From: a virus | Lineage: Duplodnaviria; Caudoviricetes | DNA: 64,000 bases | Virus record (IMG/VR): IMGVR_UViG_2841531823_000001 | Span: 32,356 to 96,355 of that record | Strand: one strand, 5' to 3' | In this document: positions 43,734 to 52,726 of the stretch, piece by piece | Numbering within the stretch: position 1 is the stretch's first letter | Layout of the letters: each line of letters opens with the position of its first letter | The notes under the pieces: model-generated | The model's database searches: none | What the model saw: only the letters and a program-made list of their open reading frames with translations | What the model was told of the DNA's origin: nothing | Position numbers and translations under genes: made by a program

Positions 43734-44087
43734 TCAGCGGGCGCGGAGCGCCATGCCGATCAGCGCGCCGCGCACCCGCTCGTGGTCGGCGGTGTGGACG
43801 GCGGCCGCCGCCTCGGCCGCGCGGGGCGGGGCGCCGGCGGGGCGGAAGTCCGGCATGGCCTTCGGATCGTGGAAGGCGAAGGCCGAGAGGCCGGCGAGAT
43901 AATGGGCGAGCGCCCGGTGCTCCTCGAGGCACCGCGCCCGGTGCCGGCCGCGGGCGCGCAGCACCTCGACCACCTCGCGCGGCGTGAGGCGCCAGAACTG
44001 CTCGCAGTCGAGCGCCTCGCCCAGCCAGTGCTCGAGGAGCGGGGCTACGGGGTCGGGGTCGCCTCCGACCTCCCCGCGCCGTTTCCC
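43734..44087 (-). CDS. Tail assembly chaperone GT, -1 frameshift extension
   Basis: Frame entered at G GGA AAC (44087-44081); FWRLTPRE motif. Confidence 0.75.
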   Translation of the reverse strand, partial: GKRRGEVGGDPDPVAPLLEHWLGEALDCEQFWRLTPREVVEVLRARGRHRARCLEEHRALAHYLAGLSAFAFHDPKAMPDFRPAGAPPRAAEAAAAVHTADHERVRGALIGMALRAR

Positions 44088-44416
44088 GCGGGTTCCGCCT
44101 CCGCGTCGGGGGCGGCCTTCGGCTCCGGCACCGGGAAGGCTTCCTTGAAGGCCCGGCCGATGAGGCGGATCGCCTCGGTATAGCCCACGGCGTCGATCAG
44201 GGCGAAGACCTCCTCCTCGGTGAGCTTGCCGCCGAGCCCGGCATTGACGATCCGGCCCACGCGCTCGGCGTCGAAGCCGTCGCGCTCGACCGCGAGCACG
44301 CCCGCGATCAGCGTCTCGCCTGCCGCGCGCTGATAGCGGACCATCGCCGCCGTGGTGAAGGCGAGGGTGCGGACCGTGCCCGCGGCCTCGAACGGGATCC
44401 CGCGCACCGTGCTCAT
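44045..44416 (-). CDS. Tail assembly chaperone G
   Basis: Follows the tail tube gene; ends AFP...AGN at the slippery site. Confidence 0.8.
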   Translation of the reverse strand: MSTVRGIPFEAAGTVRTLAFTTAAMVRYQRAAGETLIAGVLAVERDGFDAERVGRIVNAGLGGKLTEEEVFALIDAVGYTEAIRLIGRAFKEAFPVPEPKAAPDAEAEPAGNGAGRSEATPTP

Positions 44417-44853
44417 GCCGCAGCTCCCTTCGTCCAGGTGACATCGCCGGTGGTGCGGATCGAGATCGTCATGCCGACGATGGCGCCCACATCGTTGCCC
44501 TCGATCTGCGGCGTGGGGAAGCCGCGGAAGGTGAAGACGTCGCCGGTGGCCTGGCCCGGGGCGGGGGCGAGCGTGGTGCGGTAGAAGATCGGGTCGCGCG
44601 CGGCCTGGTCGGCCAGCTGCTGCTCGTAGCCCTCCGCCGTGTAGCCGCAGGGGAGCGAGATCGTGCCCGCGTCCTTCAGGCCCTTGATATACTCCTTGAA
44701 GCCGTTCGGGCTGTCGAGCGAGGTCGCCTCGAGATAGTCGGTCTCGACCGAGGGCACGGCGATCCCCTTGCATTCCGGGATCGGGGTGAAGTCGAGGCCA
44801 TCGGTGGATCGCTCCACCCTGGCGCCATAGGCGGTGATCTGTTTGCTGGCCAT
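44413..44853 (-). CDS. Major tail tube protein
   Basis: EATSLDSPNGFKEYIKGLKDAG. Confidence 0.85.
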   Translation of the reverse strand: MASKQITAYGARVERSTDGLDFTPIPECKGIAVPSVETDYLEATSLDSPNGFKEYIKGLKDAGTISLPCGYTAEGYEQQLADQAARDPIFYRTTLAPAPGQATGDVFTFRGFPTPQIEGNDVGAIVGMTISIRTTGDVTWTKGAAA

Positions 44854-44862
44854 CCGGCCCTC

Positions 44863-45240
44863 CTATGCTGAGTAGGTGACGAGAAAGTCGAGCGAGACCC
44901 GGAAGGGTCTCCCGGGAGCCTCGGGCGCGCCGAGATCGCGCGCGGCCTCGAGGATGAGGGCGCGGAAGCCGCCGCCGGAGTGTCCGTGGAGGCGCTGCCG
45001 CACCGCGCGGGAGAGGCGCTTGGCCTCGCCATAGCTTGCCGCCCAGCAGTCGATCTGGACGCGAGCGCGCTGCAGCCCGTCCGGCCCGTCGAGCGTGAGC
45101 CCCTCGCGGTCGCTCACCGTGCTGAGCACCAGCGCCGGCAGCGGCTCGCCCTGCGGATGGCGGCCGAAGTTGACACGGGCGCCCACGAGGGCCGCCACCG
45201 CCGGCGCGCCGAGGAGGAGCGCGCGGAGATCTTCCTCCAT
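44863..45240 (-). CDS. Tail terminator (DUF3168)
   Basis: ARVQIDCWA, FRVSLDF. Confidence 0.8.
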   Translation of the reverse strand: MEEDLRALLLGAPAVAALVGARVNFGRHPQGEPLPALVLSTVSDREGLTLDGPDGLQRARVQIDCWAASYGEAKRLSRAVRQRLHGHSGGGFRALILEAARDLGAPEAPGRPFRVSLDFLVTYSA

Positions 45241-45244
45241 GGCG

Positions 45245-45727
45245 TCAGCCCCGCGCCTTGGCGGCCGCCCGCGCGGCGCGTTTCTCGGCGCGGACGACGG
45301 CTTTCGAGACCTGCTGCCAGAGATCGGCGCGGAGGCGCTCGAGGAGGGCCTCGCGGTCCTGATCCCAGGCCGGGCGCAGGAAGGGCTGGGCGGCCATATG
45401 GAGCGTGCCGAACTCGACGAGGTGGCCGTGCCGGCCGCCGTCGCCGCGGAGGTAGGAGGGGCCGACGAAGAGCTCGACCGCGGCGCGCTCGTCGCGGAAC
45501 AGGCGCCGGTGCAGCCGGGTCTGGCGGCCGTTGAGCTTCGCGCCCACGATGATCGAGCCCTTCAGCGCGCCGCTGCGCTCGGGGGCCTTGCTGGCCGCGA
45601 GCTCGGCCAGAGGTTTGGCCGCCCGGTAGAGCGCGCGGCGGAGCGCGCCCTTTCCTGCGGCGCGGGAGAGGTTGGCAAGCTGGGCCTCGATCTCGCGGAG
45701 GCCTGTGACGGAGACGGTGACGCTCAT
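45245..45727 (-). CDS. HK97 gp10-like tail-completion protein
   Basis: AP.RSGALK.SI; VEFGT..MAAQPFLRPAWD. Confidence 0.85.
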   Translation of the reverse strand: MSVTVSVTGLREIEAQLANLSRAAGKGALRRALYRAAKPLAELAASKAPERSGALKGSIIVGAKLNGRQTRLHRRLFRDERAAVELFVGPSYLRGDGGRHGHLVEFGTLHMAAQPFLRPAWDQDREALLERLRADLWQQVSKAVVRAEKRAARAAAKARG

Positions 45728-46056
45728 CGGTCGGTCCTCGCGGAACAGGCGAGTTCGAGAAAGCGGCCGCCGGCGCCGCCTTCCTTGATGCCGGAGATCT
45801 CGAAGGTGCGCCCCTCGCAGAGGACGCGGTCCTTCGGGGTCAGCCCGGCCGCGAAGGCGGTGCGATGGAGCGTGAAGCGGGTGGTGACGCTGGCGGCCAT
45901 CTCGCCGGCACTCCAGCGCTCGCCATCGCTCAGGTCTGCCTTCGCAGCCCAGATCGGAGCGCCATGATCGGCCCAGACCTCGACCGAGGCGAAGCCGTCG
46001 TCGGCGAGGGTGGCGCGCTGGATCTGCACCCGGCGGTCGAAGCGCGGGGCTCTCAT
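45724..46056 (-). CDS. Head closure protein
   Basis: DRRVQIQRAT..WA..LTPKDRV. Confidence 0.8.
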   Translation of the reverse strand: MRAPRFDRRVQIQRATLADDGFASVEVWADHGAPIWAAKADLSDGERWSAGEMAASVTTRFTLHRTAFAAGLTPKDRVLCEGRTFEISGIKEGGAGGRFLELACSARTDR

Positions 46057-46093
46057 GCGGCCTCCGGGGAGGCGGCGGGGAGGAGCGCGGTTC

Positions 46094-46600
46094 TCATTCC
46101 GACACCATCGGCCGGGTGTAGCGGGCCTGACGGATCAGGCGCTGGATGCCGAAGGAGAGCGGCGGCGCGCTCTCGGCCGGCCCGATGCCCGCGTCGTGCC
46201 ATTCCTTCGCGAGCAGGATCACCGCCTGGCAGAGGCCGCGCGGGATCCGGGCCGGATCCTCGTGGCCGCAGAGCGCGGTGAGGCTGACCGCACCCTCGGC
46301 CTCGGGGCGCTCGAGCGCGGGCTCGGTGAACCTACGCACGAGCCGGGCGGCGGGATCGGAGATCTCCACCAGTTCGATCACCGGCGCTATGGGCAGATAC
46401 CAGCGCGACCAGCGCCCGGCCGGGGTCTCGAAGGCCACGAGCCGGGGCATGAGGGCGCGACGGGTGGCGGTCTCGACCACCTCGGTGGCGGCGGCGAGGA
46501 GCTCGGCGATCAGGAGATCGTCGTCCGGCCCGTCGAGATGGACCGCCCGCTTGAAGGCCTCGACCGACACCGCGAGCGCCGGGGGCTCGATCACGCGCAT
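46094..46600 (-). CDS. Head-tail connector
   Basis: VEAFKRAVHLDGPDDDLLI..QAVILLAKEWHD. Confidence 0.8.
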   Translation of the reverse strand: MRVIEPPALAVSVEAFKRAVHLDGPDDDLLIAELLAAATEVVETATRRALMPRLVAFETPAGRWSRWYLPIAPVIELVEISDPAARLVRRFTEPALERPEAEGAVSLTALCGHEDPARIPRGLCQAVILLAKEWHDAGIGPAESAPPLSFGIQRLIRQARYTRPMVSE

Positions 46601-46604
46601 CGGA

Positions 46605-46883
46605 TTACTTCCGCCGGCCCTGCACCGGAAGATCGGCTCCGGTCTTCGGCGCGGTCTCGGCCGGGGTCTCGAGCGCGGCCATGGCAGCCTCGAAGCTCGG
46701 GGCCGGCTCCGGTGCCGCGGGGGCAGGGGCGGCGGCCGGGATCGCGGCGGGCGCCACCTCGGCGGGCAGGTAGGGCACGGCATGGATGCCGATCAGCCCC
46801 GCGGCCGTGGCGGGATCAAAGCCTGCGGTCTCGCCGCGATTGTAGCGGTTCCAGGGGCGGATGAAGGTGACGATGGTCTTCAT
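46605..46883 (-). CDS. Hypothetical protein
   Basis: GGAG RBS; YNRGETAGF. Confidence 0.65.
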   Translation of the reverse strand: MKTIVTFIRPWNRYNRGETAGFDPATAAGLIGIHAVPYLPAEVAPAAIPAAAPAPAAPEPAPSFEAAMAALETPAETAPKTGADLPVQGRRK

Positions 46884-47022
46884 GGATCTCTCCGAGGGAA
46901 GGGGGGAGGCGCCGGCCCGCGCCGGAGCGGAGGGGAAGGGGGCGCCCGAACGAGTTCGGCCCCGGGGAGCGCCGGGGCCGAGGAAGGGAGGCGGAGGAGG
47001 AGCGCGCGGCGCCGGCCGAGCG

Positions 47023-48357
47023 TCAGAGCGTCCAGCCGGAGGCGTTGAAGCCGGCGAAGGCCTCGTCATGCGCCGGCGCGAAGTCGTGCTCGGAGATCGC
47101 CCGCATGAGGGTCAGGTCGTTCTGGAAGGCCGAGACGGTCGCGCCGTGGCCGTCGACGAAGGAGGCGTCGGTCGAGGAGCCCACGACGAGCGCCATGCTG
47201 TCGCCGATCATCGCCTCGTCGAAGTCGCCGAAATAGATCTCGGTCTCGTCGCCGCCCGCGCCGAGGTTGTCGGGGATCTGGGAGCTCGTGCGGATCGGGA
47301 AGCCCATGAGCTGGGCCGAGGCGCCGATGGAGGGAAAGAGCGGGTTGCCGTTCGCGTCCTTCAGGCTCGCGAGCCAGTTCTTCGTCGAGGCCCGCATGAT
47401 CCAGCCGGGCGAGACCATGCCCACGTCGGCATCCTCGACGAGCGAGACCGCGCGCCGGATCGCGGCCTCGGCCGCGGCCGGCGTGGCGGCCACCGGAGCG
47501 GCCTGCCAGTTCGCGGGCAGCATCCAGTGGCGCAGCCCCTTCGGCGTGTCGGCAGAGCCGTCGCCGCGGAGGAAGGCCAGATCCTCGCGGAGCGCCATCA
47601 CCTTCAGGAGATCGTCGCGCACGAGCTGCGCCATCGCCACGCCGGAATGGCGCAGGAGCGAGTTGCCGATGGGGACCATGCCCACGAGCTTCTTGAAGCT
47701 CTGGTCGATCTTGTCGAAGCTGGGCTGGCTCGGCGCGATGGCGGCATTCTCCGCCGCATAGGCGGCGACCGCCGAGCCGATCTGCTTGGCGTGCCGCATC
47801 TCGCCCGCGGGCATCGGCAGCGTGCGGGCGCCCGAAGCGCGCACGACGACGCGGGCGCGGAGCATCTCGATCAGCTCGGCCGCCTGCGGCCGCGGAATGG
47901 TCACGCCGCCCGCGCCCTCGCTCGCGCCCGAGAGCGCGGCCGAGATCGCGCCATGGCCCTCTGCCTCGAGGAGACGGGCGGCCTTGTCCCGGTCGCCCTT
48001 GGTGCGGGCGAGCGCCTGGACCATGAAGCCCGCCGCCACCCCGCGATGCGCCGGATCGGTGGCCACCGCCGGCACGGCATCGGCGCCGGCGGCACCCGTC
48101 CCGCTCCCGGTGCCCGCGCCATCGCCCTGCGCCGCCGCCGCCTGCGCAGCCTCGACGGCGGCGGCGCGCGTCACGGCGGCATCGGCTTTGGCAAAGGCAG
48201 CTTCGGCGGCGGCAAAGGCCGCGGTCTCGGCCTCGAGCGCGGCGGCGTCCGGGGTCTCGGCCGCCTCGAGCGCACCGATGCGGGCGGCCACCGCGGCCAT
48301 CGTGTCGGCCGCGGCCTTCCGGGCGCGGCGCAGGTCGTCGAGATTCTGTCGTGCCAT
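47023..48357 (-). CDS. HK97-fold major capsid protein
   Basis: GGVTIP, EDLAFLRGDG..PKG, YFGDF, AFQNDLT. Confidence 0.92.
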   Translation of the reverse strand: MARQNLDDLRRARKAAADTMAAVAARIGALEAAETPDAAALEAETAAFAAAEAAFAKADAAVTRAAAVEAAQAAAAQGDGAGTGSGTGAAGADAVPAVATDPAHRGVAAGFMVQALARTKGDRDKAARLLEAEGHGAISAALSGASEGAGGVTIPRPQAAELIEMLRARVVVRASGARTLPMPAGEMRHAKQIGSAVAAYAAENAAIAPSQPSFDKIDQSFKKLVGMVPIGNSLLRHSGVAMAQLVRDDLLKVMALREDLAFLRGDGSADTPKGLRHWMLPANWQAAPVAATPAAAEAAIRRAVSLVEDADVGMVSPGWIMRASTKNWLASLKDANGNPLFPSIGASAQLMGFPIRTSSQIPDNLGAGGDETEIYFGDFDEAMIGDSMALVVGSSTDASFVDGHGATVSAFQNDLTLMRAISEHDFAPAHDEAFAGFNASGWTL

Positions 48358-48599
48358 GGGATCCTCTCTTGGCAGGGCTGCATCCGCGCAGCGGAACGCC
48401 CCCGCCAGAAGCGGGGGATGGGGAAGGGGTGAAGGGGAAGGGTGACGGCTGGCCGCGCCCGGGCGGCCCTGGAGTGCAGCCTGGTTTATCAGATGGGTCT
48501 GGTGCCGACCGTTGCGGCGCGGAGCTGGGTGCCAGGCCGCCGGAAACCGACCGCGGCGGGCTTTCGTTGGGCCATGGTCGCTACACAAGGAATAACGGA

Positions 48600-49253
48600 A
48601 TGCTGAAGCCTCTCGCTGCCTCCCTCCTTCTTGCGGGCCCCGCCTTCGCGTCGAGCGATGATGCCTGGGCCGAGTTTGCCGCCGAGGTGGAGAGCGCCTG
48701 TCTTGCCGCGGCCGGCGATACGCTGTCCGATGCGTCGGCGGTCGTGGATCCGTTCGGCAGCGAGAGCTATGGGCTAGCCATCGTCAGCGGGCGGACGGCG
48801 AACGATGCTCCTGCGAGCATGATCTGCGTCCTGAACAAGGAAAGCCGATCGGTCGAGATCGGCGGCGAACTTGCGATCAGGGTCACGAACCCGGGCCCCG
48901 AGCCTCTGACCGTCGAAGATACGGACAGCGCGGCCCTGACGGGAGAGCTCTTCTGCAGCTTCGAGGCGGAGGCCCGGACGCTCCTCTTCGCCGCGGGGAA
49001 CGTGGCCTCGGACCGGCCGGCGGAGGCGGCCATCAAGCTCTCGGGTAAGCCGGTGAAGCTCAGCGCCGAGAGCGGGTTTGACGCCATCACCAAGGGCGCC
49101 GGATTCAGAGGCGACGCCGCTTCGGCAGAGGTGGCGGTCACCGGAGAGGCGACCGAGGGAGGCGAGTCTCCTGCCTACCCGGCAACGCTTACCGTTCAGC
49201 CCGAAGGCGGTGCCGAGATGGTCGCCGAGGGGCTCTGGCGCTGCGGCCCGTAA
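48600..49253 (+). CDS. Secreted/periplasmic protein, moron
   Basis: Signal peptide MLKPLAASLLLAGPAFA-SSDDAW; four Cys; antisense to the head operon. Confidence 0.75.
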   Translation: MLKPLAASLLLAGPAFASSDDAWAEFAAEVESACLAAAGDTLSDASAVVDPFGSESYGLAIVSGRTANDAPASMICVLNKESRSVEIGGELAIRVTNPGPEPLTVEDTDSAALTGELFCSFEAEARTLLFAAGNVASDRPAEAAIKLSGKPVKLSAESGFDAITKGAGFRGDAASAEVAVTGEATEGGESPAYPATLTVQPEGGAEMVAEGLWRCGP

Positions 49254-49272
49254 GACGCCGAGGACCTGCTGA

Positions 49273-50190
49273 TCAGCTCCGGGCGACCGCCTGTGCCGCG
49301 GCGGCGCGGGCGGCGAAGGCGCGGCTGGGGCTGCGGGGCTTCGGCGCGGTGCGGGCGGTGAGGCGGGCATAGAAGGCGGCGCGGGTCTCGGTGCGGTCGG
49401 CGAGGCCGCGGCGGATGGCCTCGGGGGCGCGGAAGGTGGCGCCGCCGTCCTGCGGATCGTCGGTCACGCTGAGGCGGGTGGCGAGCTCGGCCGCGGGGAT
49501 GGCGCGGCCGGCGGAGACCGCGGCGTGGAAGGCGGCCTCGGCCTCGTCGAGGCTGCGCTGGAGCTCGGCGCGGCCGGCCTCGGTCGAGGCGTCGGGGCGT
49601 TTGGCGCGGGCGTGGCGGGAGCTCATCTCGAAGATCTGCGCGCCGTTGGCACCCGGTTGGACATGGGCGGCGGCGGTCAGCGCCACGCCGATGGAGCCCG
49701 CGACGGCGCCGGGCGTCATCACGATCTCGGAGGCCTGGGAGGCGAGCCAGTAGGCCGCCGAGGCCGCCAGCGGCGAGACGAGGGCATGGACCGGCTTCAC
49801 GGCGGCCGCGGCGGCGATGGCCTCGGCCGCGGCCTCGATCCCGCAGACGAGGCCGCCCGGGCTGTCGATCTCGAGCACGATGGCGGCGGCATCCTCGCTG
49901 GCGGCGAGATGGGTCAGCGTCTCGGCCAGGCCATGGTAGGTCGTCCAGCCGAACCACCGCTCGTACTGCGCCATGTTCGGCGTGAGGATCCCGCGCACCG
50001 GCACCACCGCGAGGCCGCGCGCGACGGTGAAGCGGTCGGGAACGGTCGGGCCGGCCGCCGGGGCACGGGCCGCCGCGGCGGGATCGGCTGCGCCCTCCGG
50101 AATCGGCAGCGCGAGGAGGGGCGCCGCGAGATCCTCGGCCAGCGCCATGGGCTGCAGGGGGCCGAAGAGGCTGGCGAGCGTGCGGGTCAT
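49273..50190 (-). CDS. S49 family prohead protease
   Basis: IDSPGG, AASAAYWLAS, AGSIGV. Confidence 0.9.
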   Translation of the reverse strand: MTRTLASLFGPLQPMALAEDLAAPLLALPIPEGAADPAAAARAPAAGPTVPDRFTVARGLAVVPVRGILTPNMAQYERWFGWTTYHGLAETLTHLAASEDAAAIVLEIDSPGGLVCGIEAAAEAIAAAAAVKPVHALVSPLAASAAYWLASQASEIVMTPGAVAGSIGVALTAAAHVQPGANGAQIFEMSSRHARAKRPDASTEAGRAELQRSLDEAEAAFHAAVSAGRAIPAAELATRLSVTDDPQDGGATFRAPEAIRRGLADRTETRAAFYARLTARTAPKPRSPSRAFAARAAAAQAVARS

Positions 50191-51455
50191 GGATCTGTCT
50201 CCTCGCTGCGGGTCATGTTGGGCGCCGGGTTCAGCCGGTCGCCGCCCTCGATGGGGTCGTAGCCGTCGATGCGCCGGGCCTCGTTCGGGGTCAGGATCGG
50301 GCCGCCCACAGCCTTCGCCAGCGCCTCGTAGCGTTCGCGCGTCGTGGGTCGCAGCAGGGCCCCGAAGTCATGTTTCAGGTAGAATCCGGCCCGGCGCTCG
50401 GCCTCGGTGAGCACGCCGAGCGCGAGCTGGTCCTCGACCTGCTTCGCCCAATGGAGGAGGCAGTCGGTGAGGTAATCGATGGCCTGCTGCTCGCCATTGG
50501 CCTTCACGCCGTATTCCATCATCTGGAGCTTCGCCGGCGGCACCCGGTAGATCGCCGCGATCTGCTCGCGGTCGAACTTGCGGCTGCCGAGGAGCTCCTG
50601 ATCGGCCGCCTTCATGTCGAGCGTCTTCACATCCTCGCCCTCGCCGAGGATCGGGAAGCCCTCGACCTCCGGCGCCCGGAGCGCGGCCGCCACCCGGCGG
50701 GCGCTGCGGACGCGCGCCTCGTCATCCTCGTAATCGTCGCGGAGCCGGATCACGGCACGGGCAGTGACGCCCGAGGCCGCGCGGGCGGCCGACTCCTGGC
50801 CTGCGAGCGCGAGGCCCACGCTCTCGGCCGCGACCTCGAGCGGGCTGCGGCCCGTCCAGCCATCCTCGGCCATGTAGCGCAGATGGATCATGGCGCGGGC
50901 AGGGGCGCGGCGGCGGAGGCCCGCACCATCCTCGAAGTCGTAGAACCGATCCCGGCCGGCGCGGAGCACGCTGCAGCCGGACTGGCGCACGAGGTCGATC
51001 AGCTCGAGCTCGCCCGCCCCGTCGCGCGGCGCCCAGGCGAAGGCATTGCCCCGGAGCGTGAAGGCGTACCCCAGCGCAAACCGCACCACCGAGGCAGCCA
51101 CGCCCGGCGCAGCTTCGACGTTCAGGAGATAGGGCGCCGCATGGTCGCGGACCCGGACCTCGCGGCCGTCGCCGCTGCGCTGGAAGAGCTTCAGCGGCAC
51201 CTTGGCGAGATCGCCCGCGATGACGGCGCAGCAGGCATAGACCGTGGCATGGCGCTGCGCGATCTCGGCCGAGACGCGGGGCAGGGTGCGGATCCGGCTC
51301 GCCCCGCCCGAGCTCCAGCCGACCTCCTGCAGCCAGGGCTTCGGCGCGGCCGTCCCGCTCGCCTCGGCCGCGGCCTGCGGCGCCGTCACCGGCGGCTCGG
51401 TGCGGATGGAGGCGCCCGCCAGTCGCGAAGCGCCAAATCGCGGCCATCTGCTCAT
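50187..51455 (-). CDS. HK97-family portal protein
   Basis: VYACC.VIAGDLAKVP, GNAFA, GRSP, ILTPNEAR. Confidence 0.92.
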   Translation of the reverse strand: MSRWPRFGASRLAGASIRTEPPVTAPQAAAEASGTAAPKPWLQEVGWSSGGASRIRTLPRVSAEIAQRHATVYACCAVIAGDLAKVPLKLFQRSGDGREVRVRDHAAPYLLNVEAAPGVAASVVRFALGYAFTLRGNAFAWAPRDGAGELELIDLVRQSGCSVLRAGRDRFYDFEDGAGLRRRAPARAMIHLRYMAEDGWTGRSPLEVAAESVGLALAGQESAARAASGVTARAVIRLRDDYEDDEARVRSARRVAAALRAPEVEGFPILGEGEDVKTLDMKAADQELLGSRKFDREQIAAIYRVPPAKLQMMEYGVKANGEQQAIDYLTDCLLHWAKQVEDQLALGVLTEAERRAGFYLKHDFGALLRPTTRERYEALAKAVGGPILTPNEARRIDGYDPIEGGDRLNPAPNMTRSEETDP

Positions 51456-51626
51456 GCTGGTCCTTCCTTCCGCCAGACGATCCCGCGGGGAGCGCCTGCC
51501 TTTTCTTCCGTGATGCTGGTGGGAGCTGCTGGGGCTCCAAACGGGTCCGCTCCAATCCTGAGCGGACGGTCGCAGTCGGAACAGGTTGCCTGGGCCGCGC
51601 AGCTTTCGGCGCGGCCCAGACTCGCG

Positions 51627-52127
51627 TCATGCTTGTTGCTTCAGGCCGAATGCCGGATGATGGATCACTTCGCCTCGCGGCTCTGCAGCATCGAAGGGCA
51701 AGGCCAGCACAAACTCGGGTGGAACGGCTCCCACGCCCAGCCCCGGATAGGCCCTGAAGCCGAACCTGCCATAGTATCCGGGATCGCCAACGAGGACGGC
51801 TCCTTGGAAGGTTGCCCGCAATCGCAGGATTGCGGCGGCCATCAGGGTGCTGCCAATCCCCTGGCGGTGTCTGGACGGCAGGACCGCAAGCGGCCCGATC
51901 AGGCCCCAGCCGTCATGCGCCCCGATCCGGGCTTGGGATGCGGCGAGATAACCAACCACCCGGCCATCGTCTTCCGCCACGAGTGACAGGGCGAGGGCCC
52001 TGTCGTCCCTTAACCTGTCAATGATCTGCGCCTCGGTGCCGGTGGATTGCGGCAGCTTCGTCATGGCCTCTGTCACGACCGCGCGAATTGCGGGGATGTC
52101 ATCGGCGATTTCGTCTCGGATCAGCAT
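51627..52127 (-). CDS. GNAT acetyltransferase, YjhQ-like antitoxin
   Basis: PLAVLP..QGIGSTL, LVGDPGYYGRFGF; directly after the yjhX-like gene. Confidence 0.85.
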   Translation of the reverse strand: MLIRDEIADDIPAIRAVVTEAMTKLPQSTGTEAQIIDRLRDDRALALSLVAEDDGRVVGYLAASQARIGAHDGWGLIGPLAVLPSRHRQGIGSTLMAAAILRLRATFQGAVLVGDPGYYGRFGFRAYPGLGVGAVPPEFVLALPFDAAEPRGEVIHHPAFGLKQQA

Positions 52128-52128
52128 G

Positions 52129-52392
52129 TCACGCCCCCTGATTGTCGAGCTGGGCACGCACCGACAAGCGCCCGCGTTTCGAGATGCAGTAGGGGCTGCC
52201 GGATCGGGATTCGATCAGCCGCTTGCGCCGCAGGCGGAGGAAGGTTTCCAGCGCGAAGTCGGACAGGATCATCCCTTCGCGGGTTACGCAGGTGACAGCG
52301 GTGATTTTACGGCGGTCATCGCGCTCATGCAGGATGCGGCCACCGAGAGCCAGAACGTGCAGCGCACGTTGTTCATTACGGGAGATGTTCAC
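52129..52392 (-). CDS. yjhX: YjhX/TopAI family toxin
   Basis: MNISRNEQRALHVLALGGRI..CVTREG..KRLIESRSGSPY.IS..G...VRAQLDN. Confidence 0.85.
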   Translation of the reverse strand: MNISRNEQRALHVLALGGRILHERDDRRKITAVTCVTREGMILSDFALETFLRLRRKRLIESRSGSPYCISKRGRLSVRAQLDNQGA

Positions 52393-52486
52393 TGAAGTCT
52401 CGTGTGCAGATGTGAATCAACAGCCAAGCGCTTCCGCGCCCGGCGACCTTTGTTTCACGAGGCTCTCTGCTGTTCAGAGAGCCCTA

Positions 52487-52504
52487 TCACACAAGCTCTG
52501 ACAT
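52487..52504 (-). CDS. Leader uORF MSELV, toiL-like
   Basis: GGAGA RBS, ATG TCA GAG CTT GTG TGA; CUUGUGUG is complementary to CACACGAG over the yjhX RBS. Confidence 0.6.
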   Translation of the reverse strand: MSELV

Positions 52505-52551
52505 CCAGTCTCCGTGGTCCGAGGGCCGATCACTGATCGCCCCTCAATTCA

Positions 52552-52580
52552 AAAATAGATCCTGTCGGGATCAAACGCAA
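52552..52580 (-). promoter_or_regulatory. Promoter of the TA moron
   Basis: TTGCGT-N17-TATTTT. Confidence 0.55.
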
Positions 52581-52726
52581 TCGGGACGAATGACGCTCCC
52601 TGAAAGGCAGCGGTATCCGCGTGCCAACCCCGGGCAGCGTAACGCCGGAGGTCTCGCCAGAAGCCGTGGCCGTTCCTTCCTCATTCCTGGCCACGGTCGT
52701 CCACGAAGCGCGAGCGGCGCCTCCGC

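Noticed and set aside
40207-43902. 1231-aa + strand ORF
   Set aside because: Antisense shadow of the tape measure gene
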